A DNA stretch of 26,371 nucleotides from a virus. Taxonomy: Duplodnaviria > Caudoviricetes. The translations under genes were made by a program, and so were the position numbers. Each line of letters opens with the position of its first letter. The first letter of the stretch is position 1. Positions 1-7,723 of the stretch are shown here, piece after piece. Where the stretch lies: the IMG/VR virus record IMGVR_UViG_3300032274_000038, positions 1 to 26,371 of that record; one strand, given 5' to 3'. The notes below the pieces were generated by a model, which made no database searches, was not told the origin of the DNA, and saw nothing but the letters and a program-made list of their open reading frames with translations.

Positions 1-79
1 ACGTGAAAAACATGATCGTATGGGCTTGAAGGCATCGCGTTTTATAGAGCAGTTCCCGAGGTGGTACATGTGGACGCAC

Positions 80-113
80 AAAAAAACCCGAACACCTGAT
101 CAACGGGTCCGGG
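80..113 (-). terminator. Intrinsic terminator of the leftward mini-operon
   Basis: The minus strand reads CCCGGAC-CCGTTGATCAGGT-GTTCGGG-TTTTTTT: a 7-bp stem with one G-U pair (extendable past a bulge) followed by U7, about 35 nt after the stop at 150. Confidence 0.65.
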
Positions 114-149
114 CTGTATGTTTCCTTTAAATCTTTACGGGGCCGCGTG

Positions 150-401
150 TTATTCGCCCCCCAAAACGGCACGCACGAGGGCGGCGGCTTCAGTGTCGGA
201 TAAACGTTCTTCGGTTTTGTTTGCGTTGTCGCCGCCCGTCTTCGTCCACCCACGCACGTCGGCGAAGAGTCGGCCCCACGAACCGACACCCGACCCAAGC
301 CCCCGCGACATAGCCGACCAAAAAAGCTCGTCTAATAGTTCGGGCGGGGCGGCCTCGTCGCTATGGTTCAGGTCTTCTATTATCTCTTCGATCGGTCTCA
401 T
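150..401 (-). CDS. Hypothetical protein (83 aa)
   Basis: Its start overlaps the stop of 398..667 by 4 nt, and it is followed by a terminator. No motif recognised. Confidence 0.7.
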   Translation of the reverse strand: MRPIEEIIEDLNHSDEAAPPELLDELFWSAMSRGLGSGVGSWGRLFADVRGWTKTGGDNANKTEERLSDTEAAALVRAVLGGE

Positions 402-667
402 TTGCTACCGTACCGCTTGCTTTTAGTGCCAACGCACCGCCAAGCCTTACGCGACAAACGTAGGGGACTCGTCGCATCCTTGGCGGCCTTGGGAAAACGG
501 GCCATTTGGGCCGCGCTGCGCGCGCAGTAGGCATCACCTTTTTTAGTGCCCGGCCGTACGCGTGGGCCACCGTCGGCGGCTTTTCCCGCTTGGCCGTAGC
601 TGATCCGCTTACCGCTTTTCGTTACCTTGACGCGTGCTTTACCTTGTGCCGGTCTTTTTTTCGCCAT
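398..667 (-). CDS. Small, very basic phage protein (resembles the DUF6321-like family)
   Basis: K/R-rich, with YCARSAAQM...PKAAKD..SPLRLSRKAWRC, a C-A-R...W-x-C pattern I recognise from small phage proteins. Family assignment is from memory only. Confidence 0.7.
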   Translation of the reverse strand: MAKKRPAQGKARVKVTKSGKRISYGQAGKAADGGPRVRPGTKKGDAYCARSAAQMARFPKAAKDATSPLRLSRKAWRCVGTKSKRYGSK

Positions 668-890
668 GGCCCTGCTCCTTGTTTTCCTTGCGCCTATTTA
701 ACCATAACGCCCGGACATTTTCGGAAATTTCAAGCCGACGAAGTACGCGCAAAAGTGTCGGGTATGACACCCCAAGCGCCACGGCTAAGGGCCGGGTTTC
801 GTAGTTTAGCGCGTCGGCTTGCTCAAGGATCAGATCTTTAGCCCCATCCGGATCAAACAAAGCGCGCGCGGTTAAGTTTGTGAGGCTCAT
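639..890 (-). CDS. Fis-like (HTH_8-type) helix-turn-helix DNA-binding protein
   Basis: LAVALGVSYPTLLRVLRRLEI matches the Fis/NtrC C-terminal HTH pattern (A..LG.S..TL.R.L....I). A strong RBS AGGAGG lies just upstream of the ATG. Confidence 0.75.
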   Translation of the reverse strand: MSLTNLTARALFDPDGAKDLILEQADALNYETRPLAVALGVSYPTLLRVLRRLEISENVRALWLNRRKENKEQGHGEKKTGTR

Positions 891-918
891 AAGCCCTCCT
901 TTTTTGTTCTCATTTCTG

Positions 919-947
919 ATTATATCCTAGCGCCGGCCGTTTGTCCC
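919..947 (-). promoter_or_regulatory. Sigma70-like promoter for the leftward operon
   Basis: The minus strand has GGGACA (947-942), a 17-nt spacer, then a perfect TATAAT (924-919), about 28 nt upstream of the HTH start. Confidence 0.6.
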
Positions 948-987
948 ATGTTAAAACCTTCCGGGGTCGCTCCCCGTTTACTCACTG

Positions 988-1036
988 GACACCGGTGGGC
1001 ATGGTCCAAAGGTGCTCGCCGGTGTCTTTTTACTTT
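988..1036 (+). terminator. Intrinsic terminator-like hairpin in the leader of the primase gene
   Basis: GACACCGGTGGGCA pairs with TGCTCGCCGGTGTC (14 bp, two G-U pairs), followed by TTTTTACTTT, immediately before the RBS GGAG. Confidence 0.6.
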
Positions 1037-1048
1037 GGAGATCTTACA

Positions 1049-3364
1049 GTGCAAAACCCTCTTATAGTCCTTCCACATTCCCGCGTTTCTTCTAATTCTG
1101 AACACTTCGAACCCTTAGACGGTGTCCAAGCCCTACAAAAAACACACGCTACCGACGCGCACGCCGTAGGGTACACCTACCCGGACGGCACACCCACGCC
1201 ACGGCTTAAACTTGGCGACCTTGGGCGGCTTATTGAAGAACAAAAAGAGCCGATCTTAAATTGGGTATTCGTAGACGTAGACAACGCCGATCACAAAAGG
1301 TGGACACCGGACGAAGCCGAAAGCCACTGGGCCACACTTAAAAACAAAACCGCGTTAAGGCGCGCCGGGTTTTACGGCACCCGGGGCGGGTATCGCTTGG
1401 TTTTTAGGTTAGATCAACCGGTCCCGGTGTCGGTCGCGTCTCATTTTATCGAGCAATTTTATACGCATCTAAGGACTGAAGGCGTGCCCGTCGATCCTCA
1501 TTGTGTCGAGCGTTGGAATACGCTTTTTAGGCTGCCCCGGGTGAACCGCGACGGTGAAAACCTAGAAGCCTTTGTAGACCTTTCAAACCTTGCCCCGTTG
1601 CAATGGGTCGCACCGTTACCACTACAAAAAACCGTGAAGCCTAAAACGCTATCAGGAAAAAGCCAAGAACGGCCCCAACTGCGCACACTTACCCCGCTGG
1701 AGTGGGGCATCGTTGACGGCTGCGCCGACGCGTTGGGCAACAAATACGACAAGATCCGCGAAGGTGAGCCGCTAGCCAGCCACGGCGCGCGTCAATCTAC
1801 GATGTTTAAGTGTGCGGCCGTTATGGTCGGGCGGCTAGGGTTAGACGATCCGAATCTAGTTTATCAAGCCTTAGCCCCTTCAATCGTGGCCGGTGGCCGG
1901 CAAGGGTCAAAACTAACGCTAGATGATCTATGGGATCGGTGTTGCTACTTGGTAGGGATTGACCAAGCGAAACGAAAAGCCCGCGAAGAGATAAAAGAGC
2001 GCGTACAAAGTGAACAGCCCCCGATCGTTTACCACGGTACAAGCTACTACATACATGATACGGCGGGCCAAACATACCGCCCACCCGTACCCGGCGCGGC
2101 CGTGTGCCAAGCCTTGGAGCAGTGGTGTAAAATACCCGGGTTAGAGACCCGAAGCCGCCAACAAAAACCGCGCGGCGTGCCCGAATTTTTGGCCGATTAC
2201 GGACGGCAAGCCGTCGAAGTAGTGGTAGAAATGGGCCGCGAAAAAAGCGTGTACCATAGCGACGTGAATGGGGGCACCTTGATCGGTGGGTGTTGTGTAC
2301 CTGTAGACGTGCAGCCAGAAAAAAACGAAGAGATCGCCGAGTGGCTCAAACATTTCGCCGGGGATTATCACGAAAAACTCCTAGACTGGATCGCGACGGT
2401 TGCGCGCTTAGATCGCCCAATATGCGCGCTATACATACAAGGCCCGCCGGGTACTGGAAAGGGCCTATTTGCTAGCGGCTTGGCTGCCCTTTGGGGCGGT
2501 GGGGCGACATCTTACGCCGATGCCACGGGCAAATTCAACGGGGCGTTAACGCGCTCACCTATTGTCCTTGTGGATGAAATGTTCCAAGCCTTCGACGGTG
2601 GCGACGGTTTTAGTGCTAATTTTAGAACACTGATCGGCGAAAGTACACGCCAACTACGACGAAAAAATATCCCATCCGCGACCCTTCGAGGATGCCCGCG
2701 CTTAATTATTTTAGCGAATAACGCCGACGCGCTAAAGCTTACCGAAAATCTCGGGCGCGACGACCTTTTAGCCATTGCCGAGCGTATTCTACACATAAAA
2801 CACGATACAACCCCGCGCGATTATATACAATTCATGGGCGGCCGCGACTTCACCGCCGGATGGGTTTTGGACGAATACGGCCGGCCGGGTGCTATCGCTC
2901 GACACGCGAAGTATTTAGCCAACACGCGCCAAGTGAAAACCGGCGGGCGTTTTTTGGTCGAAGGTGAGATCGCCGACTGGCATCGGGATTTGATGGGCAA
3001 CAGTGGGATCCAAGGTGCCACGCTTGCGGCCTTGGCCCATTTTATCGACCGAGCGAAACCCGTGGAGGGTGTCAAAATAGAGGGGCGCTATATCTTCGTA
3101 AACGTGCCCGCCCTCCGTGGCTTGTGGGGCTTGCTCATGGGCGACCAACCACCGCGTGAAGGTACACTAGCGGGCGCGCTTAAAACACTAGCCGGCGGCG
3201 TACAGGCCCGGAAAAACTTTGGATCTAGTCGGCTTCGCTGCTACCGGATCGAACTATTTGACGTTCTAAGACGCGCAGAAAGCCTACAGATCGGCGACGT
3301 TGAACGCTTCGAAAACCTTTTAAAACGTAAGGACTCAACCAATGACCAACGCCCCGAAGCCTGA
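1049..3364 (+). CDS. Primase-polymerase (AEP) fused to an SF3/D5-like helicase
   Basis: The N-terminal part has FVDVD (AEP motif I), TRGGYRLVF and VD...LFRLP. The C-terminal part has Walker A GPPGTGKG, Walker B IVLVDE and motif C LIILAN. The start is reassigned from TTG 941 (no RBS) to the in-frame GTG 1049, preceded by GGAG at 1037-1040. Confidence 0.85.
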   Translation: MQNPLIVLPHSRVSSNSEHFEPLDGVQALQKTHATDAHAVGYTYPDGTPTPRLKLGDLGRLIEEQKEPILNWVFVDVDNADHKRWTPDEAESHWATLKNKTALRRAGFYGTRGGYRLVFRLDQPVPVSVASHFIEQFYTHLRTEGVPVDPHCVERWNTLFRLPRVNRDGENLEAFVDLSNLAPLQWVAPLPLQKTVKPKTLSGKSQERPQLRTLTPLEWGIVDGCADALGNKYDKIREGEPLASHGARQSTMFKCAAVMVGRLGLDDPNLVYQALAPSIVAGGRQGSKLTLDDLWDRCCYLVGIDQAKRKAREEIKERVQSEQPPIVYHGTSYYIHDTAGQTYRPPVPGAAVCQALEQWCKIPGLETRSRQQKPRGVPEFLADYGRQAVEVVVEMGREKSVYHSDVNGGTLIGGCCVPVDVQPEKNEEIAEWLKHFAGDYHEKLLDWIATVARLDRPICALYIQGPPGTGKGLFASGLAALWGGGATSYADATGKFNGALTRSPIVLVDEMFQAFDGGDGFSANFRTLIGESTRQLRRKNIPSATLRGCPRLIILANNADALKLTENLGRDDLLAIAERILHIKHDTTPRDYIQFMGGRDFTAGWVLDEYGRPGAIARHAKYLANTRQVKTGGRFLVEGEIADWHRDLMGNSGIQGATLAALAHFIDRAKPVEGVKIEGRYIFVNVPALRGLWGLLMGDQPPREGTLAGALKTLAGGVQARKNFGSSRLRCYRIELFDVLRRAESLQIGDVERFENLLKRKDSTNDQRPEA

Positions 3365-5114
3365 TAACCATAAACAATCTTGGAACGATTTATTCCGTTC
3401 TAAACAAGCCAGACAACCGATCCGCGTATCTGTTAGCCAGATCCGCAAGTATAAACGATGCCCACGCGCGTGGTGGTACGAGTACGGACCACTACAAGAC
3501 AAAAGCCCGCCCAAACCCGCCGCCGCGCTAGGGTCAAAGGTACATGATATATTAGAAAAATACCTCCTTGAAGGCACCGAACCACCCGACACAAAGCCCG
3601 GGCGGATCGCTTCGTGCGGCCTCGACAAGTTACCGGACCCGTCCGGCTTGTCGATCGAAGAGTCGATCACCTTGCCGCTATCCGAAAACTCTAAAATACT
3701 GTGCCGGATCGATATGCTAGGGACTGATCAATTTTATATCGGAGACCATAAAACAACGTCAGATTTCAAGTGGGCAAAAACACGCGGTGAATTGAATACC
3801 GATATCCAGTTATTGACCTATGCTTATGCCGCATACTACGAAGACAAGCCCGAAACCGTAGACGCGGAGTTGATCTATTACCGCACGCGCGGCCTACCTG
3901 TTTCGATGTCTGTGAGTACGTCGCTATCATGGGACCAGATCGAGAAAAACTGGCAAGACTTAGGCGAGATCGCCGAAGAAATGGCCCCGAAAAAAACGGA
4001 TCCTACCGGCGAAACGTGCGGGGGAAACGCTAACGCGTGCGGCGATTATGGCGGCTGCTATCACGCGCAAAAATGCCCGTTTAGCCCTAAAAACCGCAAC
4101 ACGCTTGCAAATAATGGCACAACTGATAATAATACTCGCACGGCCACGGCCGAACAGACAAAAGGGAAAAAAATGGACCAAAAAACGCAAAACATACAAG
4201 CCGCTTTCGGATTGCTACCGCCTGACGTAGCGCCCGAAGTAGATCAAACCCCAACGTTGAACGCCGACACGGTGGCCAAGTTAAAAAACATGGCCGAACT
4301 GTTCGGTGGAGAGCTACCGGCCGCCGCTGTTAAAAACCTTTTGATCCGTGACGGCATCGACGAAAGCGACTGGCCAAGCGTGATCGAAGCCGCCGGCCTT
4401 TCGGTGGGTGTGGATAGCATCACGGTAACCGAACCGGCTAAACCGGCCGAACCGAAACCCGAATTTATAGCGCAAAGATCATCGTTTACGGATGCCGATA
4501 TCCGAGTATGTGCAAACGAATTGCGCGAAATGATCACAAATAGCGGGCGAATGGACGAACAAGACGTGAGGAACTGGTACCAATCCAAGATGCCAGCTAA
4601 CAAAAAGGTATCGGCCACGCGCTGGAATCGCTTGTTGATGTACAGTGAATTAAGATGCAAAGACGGTGAGGTATACGAAGAAAACCCCGAAGGCTATGTA
4701 GAAGAGCCGGTAGAGCAAGAAACACAACCTACCATGCCCGCCACGCCCGAGACCGTGCCCGGATTAGACCAAGCCAAGAGGATCGAAAACTTCACAAAGG
4801 CCGCCCCGGCTATTTGCGATCGTCTTGTGTTAGTGGTCGGTGCACATTTCAACGACACACCAAAAAACGCCCACAAATTCAACAACTGGATCCGCCCATG
4901 TATAGAGATCCTTGAGAAAAGGCACAAAAAAACGTGGTCGGCGATGCGTCTCGATTTCGGCAAGGCCGAAAAGTATCTTGAAGGGGAATTGCAAAAAGCC
5001 GTAGACAAAGAAACACCGGCGGGCCTGATTATCGCAAACCGCACGGATCCGCTGTTGTCGGTCGCGCTTCCCATTTTAGAACGCGCGGGCGCGCTTATCA
5101 TTTGGGGGCGGTAA
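3342..5114 (+). CDS. PD-(D/E)XK Cas4/RecB-like exonuclease with a long C-terminal extension
   Basis: Motifs SVSQI...CPRAWW, GSKVHDILE, RIDML, IGDHKT and QLLTY, plus distal cysteines (CGDYGGC..AQKC) consistent with an Fe-S staple. Confidence 0.85.
   Translation: MTNAPKPDNHKQSWNDLFRSKQARQPIRVSVSQIRKYKRCPRAWWYEYGPLQDKSPPKPAAALGSKVHDILEKYLLEGTEPPDTKPGRIASCGLDKLPDPSGLSIEESITLPLSENSKILCRIDMLGTDQFYIGDHKTTSDFKWAKTRGELNTDIQLLTYAYAAYYEDKPETVDAELIYYRTRGLPVSMSVSTSLSWDQIEKNWQDLGEIAEEMAPKKTDPTGETCGGNANACGDYGGCYHAQKCPFSPKNRNTLANNGTTDNNTRTATAEQTKGKKMDQKTQNIQAAFGLLPPDVAPEVDQTPTLNADTVAKLKNMAELFGGELPAAAVKNLLIRDGIDESDWPSVIEAAGLSVGVDSITVTEPAKPAEPKPEFIAQRSSFTDADIRVCANELREMITNSGRMDEQDVRNWYQSKMPANKKVSATRWNRLLMYSELRCKDGEVYEENPEGYVEEPVEQETQPTMPATPETVPGLDQAKRIENFTKAAPAICDRLVLVVGAHFNDTPKNAHKFNNWIRPCIEILEKRHKKTWSAMRLDFGKAEKYLEGELQKAVDKETPAGLIIANRTDPLLSVALPILERAGALIIWGR
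4105..4133 (+). promoter_or_regulatory. Candidate internal promoter within the nuclease ORF
   Basis: TTGCAA, 17 nt, AATAAT in an AT-rich patch, about 40 nt upstream of a purine-rich AAAGGGAAAAAAATG (in-frame ATG 4173). Confidence 0.35.
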
Positions 5115-5221
5115 TGGAAAAAACAAAGGTCTTCATTTTTGGCGTTTGCGTCGCCTTGGCCGTATATACCCACGTTTTCATGATTGCACATGAGCGCGTG
5201 GCGTGGGCGTTGCGGCCATGA
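5114..5221 (+). CDS. Small putative membrane protein (35 aa), not in the ORF track
   Basis: Translation MEKTKVFIFGVCVALAVYTHVFMIAHERVAWALRP. It has a TAATG overlap with the nuclease stop, an ATGA overlap with the next gene, and one hydrophobic helix. Confidence 0.65.
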   Translation: MEKTKVFIFGVCVALAVYTHVFMIAHERVAWALRP

Positions 5222-5511
5222 ATTACGTTAACCGAAATCTATCTTTTGATCGGGTTTTTGCACGCATTGGCCAAGCGTGTAAGCCCGACGCAATACCCGA
5301 AACAATGGATCCCGCAAGCCTTGCCCGTGAATTTGAACGCGTCGCAAATGAATTGCGGGTAGCCCCGCCCGATAATTTGTACAGCGCGACGGGCCACACG
5401 TTCACGGTTGAAATGTTAGAGCGTGCCCGCGACATTTGCGGCGGCTTGGCGGCACTACCGGGCGCGGCTAAAGACCTAGAAAAGCTCGGCAAAATGCGCG
5501 GCCGACGATGA
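5218..5511 (+). CDS. Hypothetical protein (97 aa)
   Basis: The start is moved to ATG 5218 (ATGA coupling with the upstream small ORF). It also has an ATGA overlap with the helicase start. Confidence 0.7.
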   Translation: MNYVNRNLSFDRVFARIGQACKPDAIPETMDPASLAREFERVANELRVAPPDNLYSATGHTFTVEMLERARDICGGLAALPGAAKDLEKLGKMRGRR

Positions 5512-7166
5512 ACCTTGATCAACACATACAAAACCTAACGCGCCAAAAAATCCCAAGCGACCTAGAACGGATCCTAGACATGCCCCGACAAGGCCCTCAA
5601 GACGGCCAAGAAGCGGCCGACTATTGGAATACGGCGCTAGGCTTGGGCGGGGCCTCTCTACGCCCTGAACAGGCCCTAGCGTTGTCCGTAATAGAAAAAC
5701 GCCTAGGCGGCTTTTTTATGTACGGTGTCGGCTTTGGTAAAACTTTGATCGCTTTGCTAGCAGGTACGGCGGCCGGGGCGTGCTCCCCGGTCGTCCTTGT
5801 ACCGCCCGCGCTTGTGAAACAAATGGAACAAGAAGCGGTGAAGTGGTCCGAGTTTTTCAAGTTCCGCACGCCGGCGGTGGTTTCGTACGGGTTACTTTCA
5901 ACACGTCGCGGCCTGTTGGAAGACCTAAAGCCCGATCTGATTATCGCCGACGAGGCGCATAATTTAAAAGACAAAAAGTCAGTAAAAACGCGCCGCTTTT
6001 TACGTTACTTCAATAGAAACCCCCGCTGTGGGTTTGTGGCGCTATCGGGCACGATGACGAGCAAAAGCCTTTTAGATTACGCCCACCTTTTAGAATTGGC
6101 GCTAAGGGAACGCGCGCCTATTCCTTTCAACCGGTACGAGTTAGAGCGGTGGGCGGCTTGTGTGGACCCTGACGGCGAGCCGAATCAAAGCGACGTGAAC
6201 CGTTTAAGCTACCTTGTACAATGGGCACACCCGAGCAAGCTAACGCCGACCAATAAAGAGACGATACGTAGCGCCTACCGTACACGGCTAACCACCACCC
6301 CCGGGGTTTTGGCTACTGTCCGTTCTTCGTGTGATGCGTCTCTAATTATGCAGCACCACAAGCCGGGACACACGCAAGCCATAAAAGACGCACTTAAAAA
6401 CCTTCGTGAGAAATGGGAAAAGCCCGACGGGGAACCCATAGCCGACGCAAGCCAAGCGAGCGCCACGTTTAAAAACCTTTGTACGGGCTTTTATTACCGT
6501 TGGGACTGGGGCGAAAACGGCCCGGATCTTGAATGGTTAGAGGCAAAAAGGCACCTGAACCGCTTGATCGGTAAGGTTTTACGCTACAGCCCGCGCGAAG
6601 GCCGCGACTCACCGGCCCTCGTTATAGACTGGAGTCGAAACGGTGGAGGTACTCAAGAGCTACGCGAAGCCGTCCGGCTATGGGATAAAATAGGCAAACG
6701 GCCCGGGCCTAAAAATGTCGCCGTGTGGCTATGTCAGGAAAAATTAAAATACGTACTGCAGTACGTCTACAATTCAAGCGATCCGGTTTTGCTTTGGTAC
6801 TCTTCGAACGCTTTGGGCTTATCCCTTGCCCGTCTGGGCGTGGACGTACGCGGGGCCGGATCGCTTCCACCCTCCGGCGCGTCGGCGGCTTGTTCGATAG
6901 CCGTACACGGTGCAGGGCGTAACCTGCAAATGTACCGAAAATGTCTAGTGATAGAGCCGCCGGCGAGCGGTTCTATATGGGAACAGCTACTCGGAAGGAC
7001 TCACAGATCCGGCCAACAAGCCGACGCGGTACAATGGGACTTCATGGACTACGCCGGATCGGTAGCAAAGGCCAAAACACATGCCGAATACGTGGAACAA
7101 ACGACAGGCACACGGCAAAAACTTAACTACGCGACAATTTTAACAACAGGCCGAAAGGCCACATAA
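5508..7166 (+). CDS. SF2 (SNF2-like) DEAH helicase
   Basis: Q motif LRPEQ, Walker A GVGFGKT, Ia VLVPP, II IIADEAH, III LSGT and VI EQLLGRTHRSGQ. Confidence 0.9.
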   Translation: MNLDQHIQNLTRQKIPSDLERILDMPRQGPQDGQEAADYWNTALGLGGASLRPEQALALSVIEKRLGGFFMYGVGFGKTLIALLAGTAAGACSPVVLVPPALVKQMEQEAVKWSEFFKFRTPAVVSYGLLSTRRGLLEDLKPDLIIADEAHNLKDKKSVKTRRFLRYFNRNPRCGFVALSGTMTSKSLLDYAHLLELALRERAPIPFNRYELERWAACVDPDGEPNQSDVNRLSYLVQWAHPSKLTPTNKETIRSAYRTRLTTTPGVLATVRSSCDASLIMQHHKPGHTQAIKDALKNLREKWEKPDGEPIADASQASATFKNLCTGFYYRWDWGENGPDLEWLEAKRHLNRLIGKVLRYSPREGRDSPALVIDWSRNGGGTQELREAVRLWDKIGKRPGPKNVAVWLCQEKLKYVLQYVYNSSDPVLLWYSSNALGLSLARLGVDVRGAGSLPPSGASAACSIAVHGAGRNLQMYRKCLVIEPPASGSIWEQLLGRTHRSGQQADAVQWDFMDYAGSVAKAKTHAEYVEQTTGTRQKLNYATILTTGRKAT

Positions 7167-7182
7167 CAAAGGACGAGGAAAA

Positions 7183-7674
7183 ATGAGCATTTTTGCAAAC
7201 ATTGGAAAAGCGGAAATAGAGAAAACGGACGATCGATGGTTCAAACCCGGGGTTTACAAGGCTACGGTTTTAGATATGAAACAACGGATCAGCACAAACC
7301 CGACACGGGTCGGCGAGATTCGGGTGATCATTGAGTTTAGGATCGACGAAGCCGCACAGGATAGCGGCAACAACGAAGGCGATTTGGTTGAGACCCATAT
7401 CTTAATGAAGTGGGCCAAGGCCGATAAAATGATCAAGTCGTTTTTAATGGCTGTTGGCAAGATTACACCGGCCCAAGCCATGGAAATAAGCGCCGAAGAC
7501 TGGACGCAATTTGCAGAAAAATCTTGCTACCATATTGGTGATGAGGTCGCAGGTTTTGACGTGTCCGAGTGGCAAGAACAGCCTTTAAAAGGTGCCCAAC
7601 TAACGATCCGCGCCGAGGTTGAAAAAACCAAACGGGGAACGGATTTCACGAAACTAATTTACGGCGTAGCCTAA
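7183..7674 (+). CDS. Putative single-stranded DNA-binding protein (DUF669-like OB fold)
   Basis: PGVYKATV N-terminal strand pattern, L(K)G..L.I.....K...F C-terminal pattern, position between helicase and polymerase, and RBS GAGGA. Confidence 0.55.
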   Translation: MSIFANIGKAEIEKTDDRWFKPGVYKATVLDMKQRISTNPTRVGEIRVIIEFRIDEAAQDSGNNEGDLVETHILMKWAKADKMIKSFLMAVGKITPAQAMEISAEDWTQFAEKSCYHIGDEVAGFDVSEWQEQPLKGAQLTIRAEVEKTKRGTDFTKLIYGVA

Positions 7675-7684
7675 TTTTTAGCCG

Positions 7685-7709
7685 CCGGGGTGGGTCGCCC
7701 CTGCCCCGG
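7685..7709 (+). promoter_or_regulatory. Intergenic hairpin upstream of the polA RBS
   Basis: CCGGGGTGGG-TCGCC-CCTGCCCCGG forms a 10-bp stem with two G-U pairs, followed by TCTTTGGAGATCCTATG. Confidence 0.5.
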
Positions 7710-7723
7710 TCTTTGGAGATCCT

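Noticed and set aside
2-130. Open + frame running in from the window edge (REKHDRMGLK...VCFL*)
   Set aside because: It could be the 3' end of a convergent gene, but it is only 42 codons, has no recognisable motif, and overlaps the minus-strand terminator.
118-841. + strand ORFs 118..426 and 506..841 and - strand ORF 361..570
   Set aside because: These are shadow frames of three well-coupled minus-strand genes that have RBS, promoter and terminator support.
941-1048. N-terminal extension of the primase given by the ORF track
   Set aside because: TTG 941 has no RBS and overlaps the leftward promoter; the region is better explained as a structured leader.
3342-4080. CRISPR-Cas system suggested by the Cas4-like gene
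   Set aside because: No repeat-spacer array or other cas genes are visible in the window.
4694-5531. Minus-strand ORFs 4694..5191 and 5223..5531
   Set aside because: They are antisense to the coupled + strand operon and have no motifs or RBS.
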